This document shows, in pieces, positions 11,042 to 21,238 of a stretch of 64,000 nt of DNA; position 1 is the stretch's first letter; each line of letters opens with the position of its first letter. Source of the stretch: Pseudomonadota bacterium. GTDB lineage: Bacteria > Bdellovibrionota > Bdellovibrionia > Bdellovibrionales > SG-bin7. The stretch is taken from the NCBI GenBank assembly GCA_034439715.1, contig JAWXAY010000070.1:1-64000 (forward strand). Direction: 5' to 3'. The translations under genes and the position numbers were made by a program. The notes under the pieces are model-generated. The model did not search any database, was not told the origin of the DNA, and was given only the letters and a program-made list of their open reading frames with translations.

Positions 11042-13186
11042 CTATTCCTTTGGCCGCAAAGCTTGCTCACGCATGAGCTTCATTAGGCTTCTCTGGGCGC
11101 TTTCGCCTGGGTCTTTATGTAATCTTTTGTAGGAACCGTCAGATTGCATCTCCCAAGTTTGAAATTGGTTATTTAGGTAAATATTTAAAATTTCCCAACA
11201 ACGCGCTTTCAAATTGGGATCTTCGATAGGAGCAATGACTTCAACTCGAGCGAGTAAATTTCGATACATCCAATCGGCAGAACCAAAAAAGAAGTTTCCA
11301 GCCGTAGGTGTCTGCGCTCCATTTCTAAAGTAAAAGATTCGGGAATGTTCTAAAAACTGGTCGACCACAGAAATCACCCGGATATTTTCGCTAGTGTCTT
11401 TGAGGTTTGGCTTTAAGGTACAAATACTTCGAACAATAAGGTCAATCTTAACTCCAAATCGAGAAGCCTCATAGAGCGCAGTTACCAAATCATGATCCTC
11501 TAGATTATTAACTTTAATAATAATGTGGGCTTCTTTCCCAGCTTTTTTATTTTCAATCTCATGATTTATCATGTCCAAAAACTTCTTTTTCATATTGACG
11601 GGAGCAACCAGTAATCTGTGATAATCTTTTTTTAATGAGCGGCCAGTTAAATAGTTAAAGACCTCTAGTAAATCGTCACATATTCCTTTGTCGCTAGTAA
11701 AAAGACCTACGTCAGTATAAATACGAGCGGTAACGCTATGGTAGTTCCCGGTGCCAATGTGGGCGTAAGTTTTTAGGGTTCCACCCTCTTGCCTTACAAT
11801 TAACAGGGTTTTGCAATGGACCTTTAAACCTACCATGCCGTAGCCAACGTGAACTCCGGCATCTTCCATGCGATTGGCCCACGCGATATTTCTTTGTTCA
11901 TCAAACCTGGCTTTAAGTTCAATAACACAAGCCACCTGTTTGCCCGCTTCAGCCGCCTTAATTAGGGCCTGCGCAATCGTGCTTTCATCGGGAGTACGAT
12001 ACAAAGTCATCTTAATAGCTAAGACTTTGGGATCTTCAATGGCCACGCTAATTAGACGCTCCACCGAGCTTGAAAAACTCTCAAAGGGATGATGGACCAA
12101 AACATCCCTTTGGCTAATAAGGTGGAAAATATCAGAACCTTCTTCAAATAGGTCATGTGGAACGAGAGGAATCCAAGGGGGATAAAGCAGGTCAGAACGA
12201 TTGAGTGACCAAATTGGTTTTAATCCCGTAAAATCGATTTGCTGATCCATTTTGTAAAGATCGTGCTCGGTAACGCCCAGTTCATTTGTAAGAAAGCTCA
12301 ATAGCCACTCATCAGGATTTGGTCCGTGCTCAATTTTTACAACGTCCTCAAATTTACGTTCACGGAGCTCTTCTTCTATCATCTGGAGAAGGTCTTCGGC
12401 GCTTTCTTCATTTCGCTCGACTTCGATATTTCGAGTCACACGAAAAGGCATAGTTGCCAGAATTTCCATATCTGGAAAGAGGTCACCAATATTTTTGATG
12501 ACCAACTCTTGGGTGCTAATCCATCGGCTGGAATTGCTCGTCTCGCTCTTAGAAATTTCAATCCACGAAGAAAATATTTCAGGAATTTTAACGCGTGCAA
12601 AAAATTTTTCCTCTTTACCAGGGTGTTTAAGAGAAACGGCCAAAGAATAAGATAGATTTGAAATATATGGAAATGGATGCCCAGGATCTACCGAGAGGGG
12701 AGTTAATACCGGAAAAATTCGTCTCTTAAATATCTCATTAGCCTGTTCCTTCTCGTCCTTTGTCAATTCACTTAAAGTAAGTAGGTGTATACCGGATTCC
12801 GAAAGATGCGGCTTAATAGATTTTTTAAAACAAATCCCCGCTTGCTCTAGTAACTTAAGTACATTCTGTCGCACCGAAAAAAACTGCTGAGAGGCCGTAA
12901 GGCCATCCTTTGATACGTGCGAGGACTGCGAAAAAAGATTTCGCCGAAGAATCCCCACCCTTTTCATAAAAAATTCGTCTAAGTTAGATTGAAATATACC
13001 TAGAAAGCGAACTCTGTCCAAAAGGGGAACCGCTTCGTCATAAGCCTGTTCAAGGACTCTTTTGTTAAACTCAAGCCAGGACAGGTTCTTGTTTATATAA
13101 ATACTATGAACGGGTTGATCTTGGCCAACGGCTTTAAGCGTTCCAGTTAAAATATTTTTGTTCTTTTTACGACGAGGCACACTCAT
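11042..13186 (-). CDS. ppk1: Polyphosphate kinase 1
   Basis: SWLEFNKRV, SNLDEFFM, HHPFESF, IKMTLYR, ELKARFDE, GTGNY, FLEHSR and SADWMYRNL motifs. Confidence 0.97.
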   Translation of the reverse strand: MSVPRRKKNKNILTGTLKAVGQDQPVHSIYINKNLSWLEFNKRVLEQAYDEAVPLLDRVRFLGIFQSNLDEFFMKRVGILRRNLFSQSSHVSKDGLTASQQFFSVRQNVLKLLEQAGICFKKSIKPHLSESGIHLLTLSELTKDEKEQANEIFKRRIFPVLTPLSVDPGHPFPYISNLSYSLAVSLKHPGKEEKFFARVKIPEIFSSWIEISKSETSNSSRWISTQELVIKNIGDLFPDMEILATMPFRVTRNIEVERNEESAEDLLQMIEEELRERKFEDVVKIEHGPNPDEWLLSFLTNELGVTEHDLYKMDQQIDFTGLKPIWSLNRSDLLYPPWIPLVPHDLFEEGSDIFHLISQRDVLVHHPFESFSSSVERLISVAIEDPKVLAIKMTLYRTPDESTIAQALIKAAEAGKQVACVIELKARFDEQRNIAWANRMEDAGVHVGYGMVGLKVHCKTLLIVRQEGGTLKTYAHIGTGNYHSVTARIYTDVGLFTSDKGICDDLLEVFNYLTGRSLKKDYHRLLVAPVNMKKKFLDMINHEIENKKAGKEAHIIIKVNNLEDHDLVTALYEASRFGVKIDLIVRSICTLKPNLKDTSENIRVISVVDQFLEHSRIFYFRNGAQTPTAGNFFFGSADWMYRNLLARVEVIAPIEDPNLKARCWEILNIYLNNQFQTWEMQSDGSYKRLHKDPGESAQRSLMKLMREQALRPKE

Positions 13187-13265
13187 ATAATAATCCAACT
13201 ATGTTAGGATTATATTAAAATACCTAGATCATTGACATATCAAGATATTATGCGACTATTTTAGT

Positions 13266-14186
13266 GTGAATATACCTTTATGTGGAGTCGTTGATGTCGG
13301 CTCCAACGGAATTCGAATTGGAGTTGCAGATTTAAGGCGAGAATGCTCGCCTAAATACCTTTATACCTCTCGTGAGCAGGTGCGCTTGGGCTTTGACACC
13401 TTTAGAATAGGGAAGATCAGCCGACCTCTTGAAAAGAGACTTTTAAAGGTTTTTCGTAAGTTTCGAAAAATTTTTGATAAATTTAATGTAAAAACAATTC
13501 GGGCGGTGGCTACCAGTGCTCTGCGAGACTCCTCTAATCGAAAGCAAATTTTAAACCGCGTGTTTGCCGAGACCAATATCCCACTGATGACAATAGATGG
13601 CAATGAGGAGGCCCGACTCATTCACTTGGCGGCCAATCACTTGCTGAATCTGAAAAAATACACAGTGATGTTGGATATCGGTGGTGGCAGTGCCGAAGTT
13701 ATTTATTCAAAAAGTGGCGGGATCAAATTTCTCGCCAGTTTAAAGTTGGGCTCAGTTCGCATGTTACAAAGGGTGGGAGCGAATGCTTCGCAAGATGATT
13801 ATCGGCGGTATGTTCTTTCTCATTTAAAACGACTTCCCGCTAAGTCCGAGTTTTTAAATCTTAATCATGAGCGACTTGCCATTGGCACTGGTGGCAATAT
13901 GCGTAGGATGGGAAAGCTGCGCAAGATATTGTTCAAAAAGTCTAATACTGAGATTGTGACTTTAGCTGAACTAGAGAAGATTCGTGATATTTTGTTTTCG
14001 ATGTCCTATCAAAAGCGAATTAGCAAACTTCGCATGACCCCCGATCGTGCCGACGTAATTTTACCATCAGTAGTTTTAGCTATTGAGTTTTTAAAGCATT
14101 TTAATTTTAATAGGCTCTATATTCCCGAAATAAGCCTAAAAGACGGAATTCTCATAGACCTCTGCCATATGATGAGATTTTCTTAA
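13266..14186 (+). CDS. ppx: Exopolyphosphatase (Ppx/GppA family, short form)
   Basis: DVGSN, VATSALRD, IDGNEEARL, DIGGGSAE and DRADVI motifs; divergent from ppk1. Confidence 0.9.
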   Translation: MNIPLCGVVDVGSNGIRIGVADLRRECSPKYLYTSREQVRLGFDTFRIGKISRPLEKRLLKVFRKFRKIFDKFNVKTIRAVATSALRDSSNRKQILNRVFAETNIPLMTIDGNEEARLIHLAANHLLNLKKYTVMLDIGGGSAEVIYSKSGGIKFLASLKLGSVRMLQRVGANASQDDYRRYVLSHLKRLPAKSEFLNLNHERLAIGTGGNMRRMGKLRKILFKKSNTEIVTLAELEKIRDILFSMSYQKRISKLRMTPDRADVILPSVVLAIEFLKHFNFNRLYIPEISLKDGILIDLCHMMRFS

Positions 14187-14223
14187 ACCTAACGCATTTC
14201 TGCCTGTTAGTTTTTGATTAAAG

Positions 14224-15348
14224 CTACTCGATAAGTTGGAGAATAGTCTGTGGGTTGGTATCAGAATTAATCTGAAAATCATTATCGTTGATCACAAAAA
14301 TCTTGTTTTCCGAGGTCAATGCCAGCCCTTCAAGCTTCGCATCGGAATTCTTAAGGTCTTTGACGAGAGTCTTCTTTAGCAGCCTACTACTAAAGTTGTT
14401 GACCTCATAGATTTTGCGAACAGCTTCGGCGCCATTTACTGAATTTTGTTCAATTAAAAAAATCTTGTCAGAACTTGAAGACATGTCGCCGATTTTATCA
14501 ACTCCAGGTTGCAATAGGGGATACTCATATTCAGCAGTGATAATTTCAGTCAAAGGATTTAGTTCCAAGATTGGTATAGTCTGTTTTTTACTCTGGCGAA
14601 GCGAACTTTGCATGGCTGCATAAATTCGTCCTTTGAACCAAGTAATGCCCTCGAATCCACGGTTAATCTGTTTTGATGTAAGTTCAGCGGGTAATATTTC
14701 TTTGATTACATTTTTACCAAGAACTTCTTCCACTGATACTTTCTCCTGGTCGTTAAGGCTACCAATTGGGACGTACCGCTTTAATAAAATTCCTTTGTCT
14801 GAAAATTTAAGAATCGAGGGTAAATACTCTTCGCACATCCAAATGTTTCCTTCGCTATCTTTGGTAATGCCTTCGAGATCGACACCTAAAAAACTTGCCG
14901 CGATTGGTTTTCCAGATTCTGTTGTTAACCACTCATCCGAATCGCGATCTCTCGACCTAAAAGGTACGCCTCGCAGAAAACTGCCCTGTTTGGTTTTCAA
15001 TTTCACTCGTTTTAAAACTTTCAAGGATTTTTCTTTTTTGTTGGTCTCTAAAACAAACCACTCAGGAGTAAAAGAAGCGAGAGGATAAGGTCGCATTGTC
15101 CTACCGTCCTTAGTTTCGATAAGAGGGTTGAGGTTGGGTCCACGATCGGTGTGACTTAAAAACTGGTACTCACCTGTTGCGGCATTCATGCCCAAAAAAT
15201 ACAAACCTGAAAATCCTCCAAGATGAATGCTCTTTCCTTTTTCTGAGACGCCAATTCTATGGGCAGTTCTTAAGACGTAGGACTGGTTTGCTAAAACATT
15301 TTCGATAAAGCAGCAGACGAAAACAACATGGAAAAATGAATTCCTCAT
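14224..15348 (-). CDS. Secreted 'esterase-like activity of phytase' family protein
   Basis: Signal peptide; GGFSGL, TDRGPN, DLEGI, EEYLPSI, NRGFEG, KLEGL and NDNDF motifs. Confidence 0.82.
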   Translation of the reverse strand: MRNSFFHVVFVCCFIENVLANQSYVLRTAHRIGVSEKGKSIHLGGFSGLYFLGMNAATGEYQFLSHTDRGPNLNPLIETKDGRTMRPYPLASFTPEWFVLETNKKEKSLKVLKRVKLKTKQGSFLRGVPFRSRDRDSDEWLTTESGKPIAASFLGVDLEGITKDSEGNIWMCEEYLPSILKFSDKGILLKRYVPIGSLNDQEKVSVEEVLGKNVIKEILPAELTSKQINRGFEGITWFKGRIYAAMQSSLRQSKKQTIPILELNPLTEIITAEYEYPLLQPGVDKIGDMSSSSDKIFLIEQNSVNGAEAVRKIYEVNNFSSRLLKKTLVKDLKNSDAKLEGLALTSENKIFVINDNDFQINSDTNPQTILQLIE

Positions 15349-15433
15349 GGCTTTTTATTGCATATAAATTTCGACAAGACAATCTCTCAATGCCCATCTC
15401 ATTAAAAACTAATAAACTAAACCGCCAACTGAG

Positions 15434-15955
15434 TTAAGCCATGTCTAAAAAATTCTCGCGCAAATGAAAATCCGGCCTATCTCGGATATGTCGATTGGCC
15501 CAGTAAGTAATTTCTCCTGAATTTAGTTTGAGCACGGCGCTAATTCCTAAAGACGGTTTTGATATTTTTGAATCAACTGAAAAACCAACGTTAAGTTCCG
15601 TCAGGTTTTGCGTGGTACTAAATTTTATACCAGAGAAATCGTTATTAGGAACCATCCCCGCGCGGTAATCCGAAAAAGTATAGACGTTCCAGTCACCTGA
15701 AGGGCTAACATTTACCTCTGAATATTCTTTTTTTCCAACTTCGGCGACAAAAAGCTCAAAACAGGTTGTTTCCCAAAGCCTGTTCATTCTCTGGGGTTGA
15801 GCTTTAGTGTCAGGAATAAAAAGATTTTCGAGGTCTCCGCTAACTCGGTACTGAACGTCGATTGTTTTATGTACAATCTTTAAATCACATACGACAGTAA
15901 AGTCAGAGTTGGGAGTAAATGGCTTGAGTTCGATGGTGAGTTCAAGTTTAGTCAT
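15434..15955 (-). CDS. DOMON-like domain protein
   Basis: LWETTCFELF, EVNVSPSGDWNVY.FSDYR and PDFH motifs. Real start is likely ATG 15955; the longer ORF-track extension overlaps ddl on the opposite strand. Confidence 0.75.
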   Translation of the reverse strand: MTKLELTIELKPFTPNSDFTVVCDLKIVHKTIDVQYRVSGDLENLFIPDTKAQPQRMNRLWETTCFELFVAEVGKKEYSEVNVSPSGDWNVYTFSDYRAGMVPNNDFSGIKFSTTQNLTELNVGFSVDSKISKPSLGISAVLKLNSGEITYWANRHIRDRPDFHLRENFLDMA

Positions 15956-16012
15956 AGTTTCGTAGACAGCCCAGTTTCTCCAAAGTATACTTAACAAAAA
16001 GCGAGATAGCCT

Positions 16013-16957
16013 ATGAAAAAAGTCGAAAAAAAAATGATAAAAAAAGTGGCCGTTCTTGTTGGGGGTATGGGTGCTGAGAGGGAAGTCAGCATTAATACCG
16101 GCAATTCTTTTATAAAAGCTCTTAAGGAGCTCCCTTACGAGTATTTTGTAGTCGACGCCAAAGAAGATCTGCCTCGACAACTTATGGACCTTCGTCCAGA
16201 TGTGGCGCTTCTGGCACTTCATGGAAAATACGCAGAAGACGGAACAGTTCAGGGAATTTGTGAGTATTTAAAAATTCCCTATACGGGCTCAGGGGTACTT
16301 GCCAGCGCACTGACCATGCATAAAATTATGTGTAAGGATTTATTTGTGCGCCACAAAATTCCCACGGCAGAATATGAAGCGCATGATTTAAAACGCACCG
16401 AAGCGCAAGAGATTAAAACAAAAATTACACTTCCGCTTGTGGTAAAACCCTCGCGTGAGGGCTCGAGCGTTGGAATCACGATTTGTACAGAGAAAAGTCA
16501 GATCTTGCCGGCAATAAAATGTGCCGGAGAGTATGATCACTTGATTCTCATTGAAAAATTTATTGACGGTATGGAACTCACGGTTCCTATTTTTCGCGGT
16601 AAAGCCATTGCGCCGATTGAGATTGTTCCGAAAACAAGTTTTTATGATTACACAAGAAAGTATACCAAAGGTGCCACCGAATATTTTTTGCCGCCGCGCT
16701 TAGATGAGAAAGTTGTCAATCAGGCGAAAGAGATAGCACTAAAAGTTTTTGAATTACTGGAGCTCAGATTTTATTCGAGAATTGATTTTCGCGTTAGGGA
16801 TAACAAAGAGCCCTTAGTTTTAGAGGTAAATCCATTGCCCGGTTGTACGGAAACTTCGCTCGTTCCCAAATCAGCGGCTTTCGAAAACATATCTTTTAAA
16901 GAGTTCGTTAACCAATTAGTGGAGTCTGCAACGCTAGATTATGAAGGCCTTAAATAA
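16013..16957 (+). CDS. ddl: D-alanine--D-alanine ligase
   Basis: GG..AEREVS, LHGKYAEDG, KPSREGSSVG, FYDY..KY and LEVNPLPG motifs. Alternative start 16034. Confidence 0.96.
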   Translation: MKKVEKKMIKKVAVLVGGMGAEREVSINTGNSFIKALKELPYEYFVVDAKEDLPRQLMDLRPDVALLALHGKYAEDGTVQGICEYLKIPYTGSGVLASALTMHKIMCKDLFVRHKIPTAEYEAHDLKRTEAQEIKTKITLPLVVKPSREGSSVGITICTEKSQILPAIKCAGEYDHLILIEKFIDGMELTVPIFRGKAIAPIEIVPKTSFYDYTRKYTKGATEYFLPPRLDEKVVNQAKEIALKVFELLELRFYSRIDFRVRDNKEPLVLEVNPLPGCTETSLVPKSAAFENISFKEFVNQLVESATLDYEGLK

Positions 16958-17693
16958 AGTAAAATTTCCTATTCAGGCTTTAGTGGTGGTGGCTCTAACG
17001 CTGGCCTTTGGTACATTTATTGTTTGGGGGCTACACTCACCCCACTTTGGAATTTCTAAGATCCAGATAAATTCGCTTAATCAAGAGACCCAGGCATATT
17101 TTTCTTATTTCAAAAAAGAGGTTGAGGCTGACCTGTTGCCTTTTCAAAAACAACTTTTATGGCAAATAAATATTCGAGATATTATGGTAAAAATAAAAAA
17201 GGAACCATGGGTGCAGGAAGCGCGCGTGCGGCGGGTATTTCCGAATAAATTAGAAATTGATTTGGGTCTACAAGAAGTGGAGTTAGTTTTTATTAGTGAT
17301 CGTGGCGATAGATATCCTATTTCTAGTGAGGGAAATCTTCTGCCAAAAATAAGCGAAAAGTTATTGCCAGATGTACCGCTACTCCGTGGTCGTAAGTTTT
17401 TAGATGATGCTGGATTGAGAGAGGACGCCCTCCTTTTGTCCAGTCAGTTGCCATTGACAGGCCCATTAAGTCGACCGTTACTCTCAGAAATTTACTTCAA
17501 TCCTAAACTTGGTTTTGAACTTTTGTTGAGTGAGTCAAGTTTTCGCGTAATACTTGGGCAAGACAATTACGAACTTAAATTGAAACGGGTGGCAAAAGTG
17601 ATCGAATATTTAAATGCCAAGAACATACAAGGCCGCGTCATCGACGCTCGCTACGAAAAAAAAATCCTTGTCAGACTGCGTAAGGGCACTTAG
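16941..17693 (+). CDS. ftsQ: Cell division protein FtsQ/DivIB
   Basis: Single TM, POTRA-like PWV..ARVRRVFPN segment, C-terminal IDARY; lies between ddl and ftsA. Confidence 0.88.
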   Translation: MKALNKVKFPIQALVVVALTLAFGTFIVWGLHSPHFGISKIQINSLNQETQAYFSYFKKEVEADLLPFQKQLLWQINIRDIMVKIKKEPWVQEARVRRVFPNKLEIDLGLQEVELVFISDRGDRYPISSEGNLLPKISEKLLPDVPLLRGRKFLDDAGLREDALLLSSQLPLTGPLSRPLLSEIYFNPKLGFELLLSESSFRVILGQDNYELKLKRVAKVIEYLNAKNIQGRVIDARYEKKILVRLRKGT

Positions 17694-17753
17694 GCTAGGT
17701 GTTGGTTACAGGTTTTTGGTCGCGGATGACCGAATAAAAATTTAGGGGCATGG

Positions 17754-19007
17754 ATGTCTAAGCCTATTAATAGTCAAGCGAGGCTAGTTGCTGGCCTCGA
17801 CATTGGTTCCTCAAAAATCGTTTTTCTTATTGGTACCCCTGGTGCACATGGCGAAATAGATGTTATCGGAATAGGCAATCAGCCAAGCCCGGGTATGCGT
17901 CACGGGGTTTTGATAAATATAGACCTGACGGCTGAAGCCATAGCAAAAGCTAAAGAAGAAGCCGAGCTCATGGCGGGTCACAAAGTGGATGAAGTTTGGG
18001 TAGCTGTCAGTGGTACTCACGTTCGCTCTTTTGATTCTAAGGGAATGGTCGCCATTCGTAACAAAGAAGTTAATCAAGAAGATATTTTGCGAGTCATAGA
18101 GGCCGCTAAAGCGGTGGCCGTACCGGCAGATCGCGAAGTATTACATGTGTTACCTCGTGAATTTAAAATCGATGAGCAAGAAGGAATTTCAGATCCCATA
18201 GGTATGTCAGGCGTGCGTCTTGAAGCCTTAGTTCATATTGTAACGGCTGGTCAGACGGCACTGTTGAATACAGTAAAGGCCACGCAAAAAGCTGGCTTAA
18301 AAGTTAAGGGATTAGTTTTGGGTCAGTTAGCCTCTTCGCTAAGTGTTTTAAGTCAGGATGAAAAAAATCTAGGCGTAGCCGTTGTTGATATGGGCGGAGG
18401 CACTAGTGATCTTATAATTTATGTTCATGGCAGTGTGGCCTATACTTCAATTTTGCCGATTGGTGGGCAGTATTTTACTCACGATGTGGCGGTGGGTTTA
18501 AGAACTCCACAAGACTCTGCTGAAGAAGTAAAAAAGAAATATGGTTCATCGCTACTCCGTCTCATTACTGAGGAAGAAACTGTTGAAGTAAAAAGTGTTG
18601 GTGGTCGCGAAAATCGTATGGTCCTTAGAAAAAATCTGTGCGAAATCTTAGAGCCTCGTGCGGAAGAAACTTTAAATTTAATTCAGAACGAAATCACTAA
18701 AAGTGGCCTCATCGTTCATCTGGGTTCGGGTGTGGTAATGACAGGCGGAGCAAGTTTGCTTGATGGTCTTGTCGAAATGGGCGAATTTATTTTTGATATT
18801 CCTGTGCGCCGGGCAAATCCGGCCAATGTCGGAGGTCTAACGGATGTGGTGAAGTCACCTATGTTCGCCACGGCTGTGGGATTATTATTGTATGGAATTA
18901 AAGAAGAAAATTTAAATCAAGGAATAATTAGCAAGGATTTTAAAATTCCAGCTGTAGTGGCTGACTGGGCTCGTCGGCTACGCGATATGGTAACGCAAGG
19001 ATTATAA
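17754..19007 (+). CDS. ftsA: Cell division protein FtsA
   Basis: [31 protein letters not shown] and FATAVGLL motifs. Confidence 0.97.
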   Translation: MSKPINSQARLVAGLDIGSSKIVFLIGTPGAHGEIDVIGIGNQPSPGMRHGVLINIDLTAEAIAKAKEEAELMAGHKVDEVWVAVSGTHVRSFDSKGMVAIRNKEVNQEDILRVIEAAKAVAVPADREVLHVLPREFKIDEQEGISDPIGMSGVRLEALVHIVTAGQTALLNTVKATQKAGLKVKGLVLGQLASSLSVLSQDEKNLGVAVVDMGGGTSDLIIYVHGSVAYTSILPIGGQYFTHDVAVGLRTPQDSAEEVKKKYGSSLLRLITEEETVEVKSVGGRENRMVLRKNLCEILEPRAEETLNLIQNEITKSGLIVHLGSGVVMTGGASLLDGLVEMGEFIFDIPVRRANPANVGGLTDVVKSPMFATAVGLLLYGIKEENLNQGIISKDFKIPAVVADWARRLRDMVTQGL

Positions 19008-19023
19008 GCCAAGGAGGAGACGC

Positions 19024-20457
19024 ATGTTCGAATTAGAAGAAAACATAAATATAGGTGCCAACATTAAAGTAATTGGCGTTGGTGGAGGCGGCAGTAACGC
19101 CATCGCTACTATGATCGAAGAAGGCTTAAGTGGTGTAGAATTCATAGTTGGCAACACTGACATGCAGGCGCTTCAGGCGCATCCTGCCGCTAGCAAATTA
19201 CAACTTGGTTCTGAGTTAACAAAAGGCCTAGGAGCTGGTGCTAATCCAGAAATCGGCAAACGCGCAGCCATTGAGTCATATAACGATATCGTGGAGTCCC
19301 TTGAAGGTGCTGATATGGTTTTTATCACGGCCGGGATGGGCGGCGGAACAGGAACGGGTGGCGCACCGATCGTTGCAAAAATCGCTCGTGAACTGGGAGC
19401 CTTAACAATAGGTGTAGTGACACGTCCCTTTGTGTTTGAAGGTAAAAAACGCATGCGCCAAGCGGATGCAGGAATTGCCGAACTTCGAGAGAATGTTGAC
19501 ACTCTAATTGTGATTCCCAATCAAAAACTTCTTACAATTTCCGCTGAAAAAACTCCACTTCTTGAAAGTTTTAAGCGTGCAGATGCCGTATTGTTACAGG
19601 CTGTTAAAGGTATTTCTGATCTCATTAATATTCGTGGTCTCATCAATCTCGATTTTGCTGATATTCGCACTGTTATGATGTCTAAGGGAATGGCCATTAT
19701 GGGCTGCGGAACCGCAACCGGCGAAAATCGGGCTGTTGAAGCCGCAACCGCGGCCGTCTCCTCGCCGCTTCTTGAGAATATTGCGATCGACGGGGCTACC
19801 GGAATTATTATCAATGTAACGGGGCCTGAAAATTTAAGCCTTTGGGAAGTTAACGAAGCTTCGACTCTCATTACTGAAGCCGCTCATGAGGATGCCGAGA
19901 TCATTTTTGGTGCCGTCATTGACAAGGATATGGACCCCAAAGAGGTGCGCGTAACCGTTATTGCAACAGGTTTTGGAAATGCTTTTACACAAGCTTCGAT
20001 CAGAGAACACATGGCTCGGGCACAAAATATCGTTCATACACATACTCAGAATCTTATGGCCGAAATACACACGCCCAATCTTGACTATATAATGAAGAGC
20101 CAAGATTTAGGCGCCCCGATTGCGCCTCAGTCGGAGCCCTACAGATCACCTGAGATTCCGAGGCCGCAGCACCAAATTGCACCGCAAACCCCCCCGGTTG
20201 CTGTACCTTCATCCAAAGACGATTTATTGCCGCGGGATATTTTGCTCGCTAAAGCTCGAGCATATCGTGATCAAGCTGGCAGGAAGCCAGTGAATCAGGA
20301 ACAACTGTCAATGGATGTTTCAGCTCAAGAAGGCCCAAGTGCATTTGGAAACTTTAATTCAGAAAGTACTAACTCGCCGTTTGAAAACTATAATCTAGAA
20401 GTACCGGCCTACATTCGACGCAAACAGAGTATGGACAACTCTGACTCCAGCATCTAA
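19024..20457 (+). CDS. ftsZ: Cell division protein FtsZ
   Basis: [18 protein letters not shown] and NLDFAD motifs; long linker; C-terminal LEVPAYIRR peptide; GGAGG RBS. Confidence 0.99.
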   Translation: MFELEENINIGANIKVIGVGGGGSNAIATMIEEGLSGVEFIVGNTDMQALQAHPAASKLQLGSELTKGLGAGANPEIGKRAAIESYNDIVESLEGADMVFITAGMGGGTGTGGAPIVAKIARELGALTIGVVTRPFVFEGKKRMRQADAGIAELRENVDTLIVIPNQKLLTISAEKTPLLESFKRADAVLLQAVKGISDLINIRGLINLDFADIRTVMMSKGMAIMGCGTATGENRAVEAATAAVSSPLLENIAIDGATGIIINVTGPENLSLWEVNEASTLITEAAHEDAEIIFGAVIDKDMDPKEVRVTVIATGFGNAFTQASIREHMARAQNIVHTHTQNLMAEIHTPNLDYIMKSQDLGAPIAPQSEPYRSPEIPRPQHQIAPQTPPVAVPSSKDDLLPRDILLAKARAYRDQAGRKPVNQEQLSMDVSAQEGPSAFGNFNSESTNSPFENYNLEVPAYIRRKQSMDNSDSSI

Positions 20458-20470
20458 AAGTTAAACCTAG

Positions 20471-21208
20471 ATGCTGGCTTATTTTGTCTCAGATATTCAC
20501 TTACGGTCGATTCAGGAAGTTAAGGCCCGGCATTTCGTACATCTTTTAAAATCAATTCAAGAAAAAGATGGTGCGACCCATCTTTTTCTGGTCGGCGATA
20601 TATTTGACCTCTGGCTAAGCGACTACAAATTTTTTCTCGACAAATGGGAACCGATCATAAAAGAAATTCAGCGAATTACCAAAGAGGGGATCGAGGTCCA
20701 CTATTTTGAAGGTAATCACGATTTGTACCTCAGAAAATACTGGGGCGATCGGCTTGGCGTAAAAACTTATAAAGAGCACGCTGTATTTAAATTAGGGCCC
20801 CATAAAGTTCGCGTTGAGCATGGCGATCTTATAGATCCCCAAGACAAAGGTTATCTATTTTTGCGTAAAATGCTGCGGACTGAGACTATGCAGTTTTTAG
20901 TCGAACACACGCCTGAAAACTGGATGACAGGTTTGGGTGAGAAAGCCAGTCGCACCAGTCGACTTTATACCTCGTCAGTCAAAACGGCAACCGTGGCAGA
21001 GACGATAGACAAAATTAGAACCTATGCTCACAAAAAAGTAAGAGAAACTGAATTTGACTACATTATCACCGGTCACGTGCATGTGCGTGACGAGTACGGC
21101 TTTGTTTGGGGTGGTAAAAAAATTCAGTCAATAAATTTGGGTTCCTGGTTTGAGGAGCCCATGGCTTTAAAGTTAAGTGACGAAGGCTATAGTTTTATTA
21201 AGCCTTAG
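20471..21208 (+). CDS. UDP-2,3-diacylglucosamine diphosphatase (LpxH-like metallophosphoesterase)
   Basis: SDIH, GDIFDLW, EGNHD, HGD, GHVH and NLGSW motifs. Confidence 0.8.
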   Translation: MLAYFVSDIHLRSIQEVKARHFVHLLKSIQEKDGATHLFLVGDIFDLWLSDYKFFLDKWEPIIKEIQRITKEGIEVHYFEGNHDLYLRKYWGDRLGVKTYKEHAVFKLGPHKVRVEHGDLIDPQDKGYLFLRKMLRTETMQFLVEHTPENWMTGLGEKASRTSRLYTSSVKTATVAETIDKIRTYAHKKVRETEFDYIITGHVHVRDEYGFVWGGKKIQSINLGSWFEEPMALKLSDEGYSFIKP

Positions 21209-21238
21209 GGCGCAGGCGGTTCCTCACTCGTCCCAGTC

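Noticed and set aside
15956..16222. Long N-terminal extension of the DOMON-like ORF overlapping ddl
   Set aside because: It is antisense to the ddl coding sequence and looks like a shadow frame; ATG 15955 gives a normal-sized protein.
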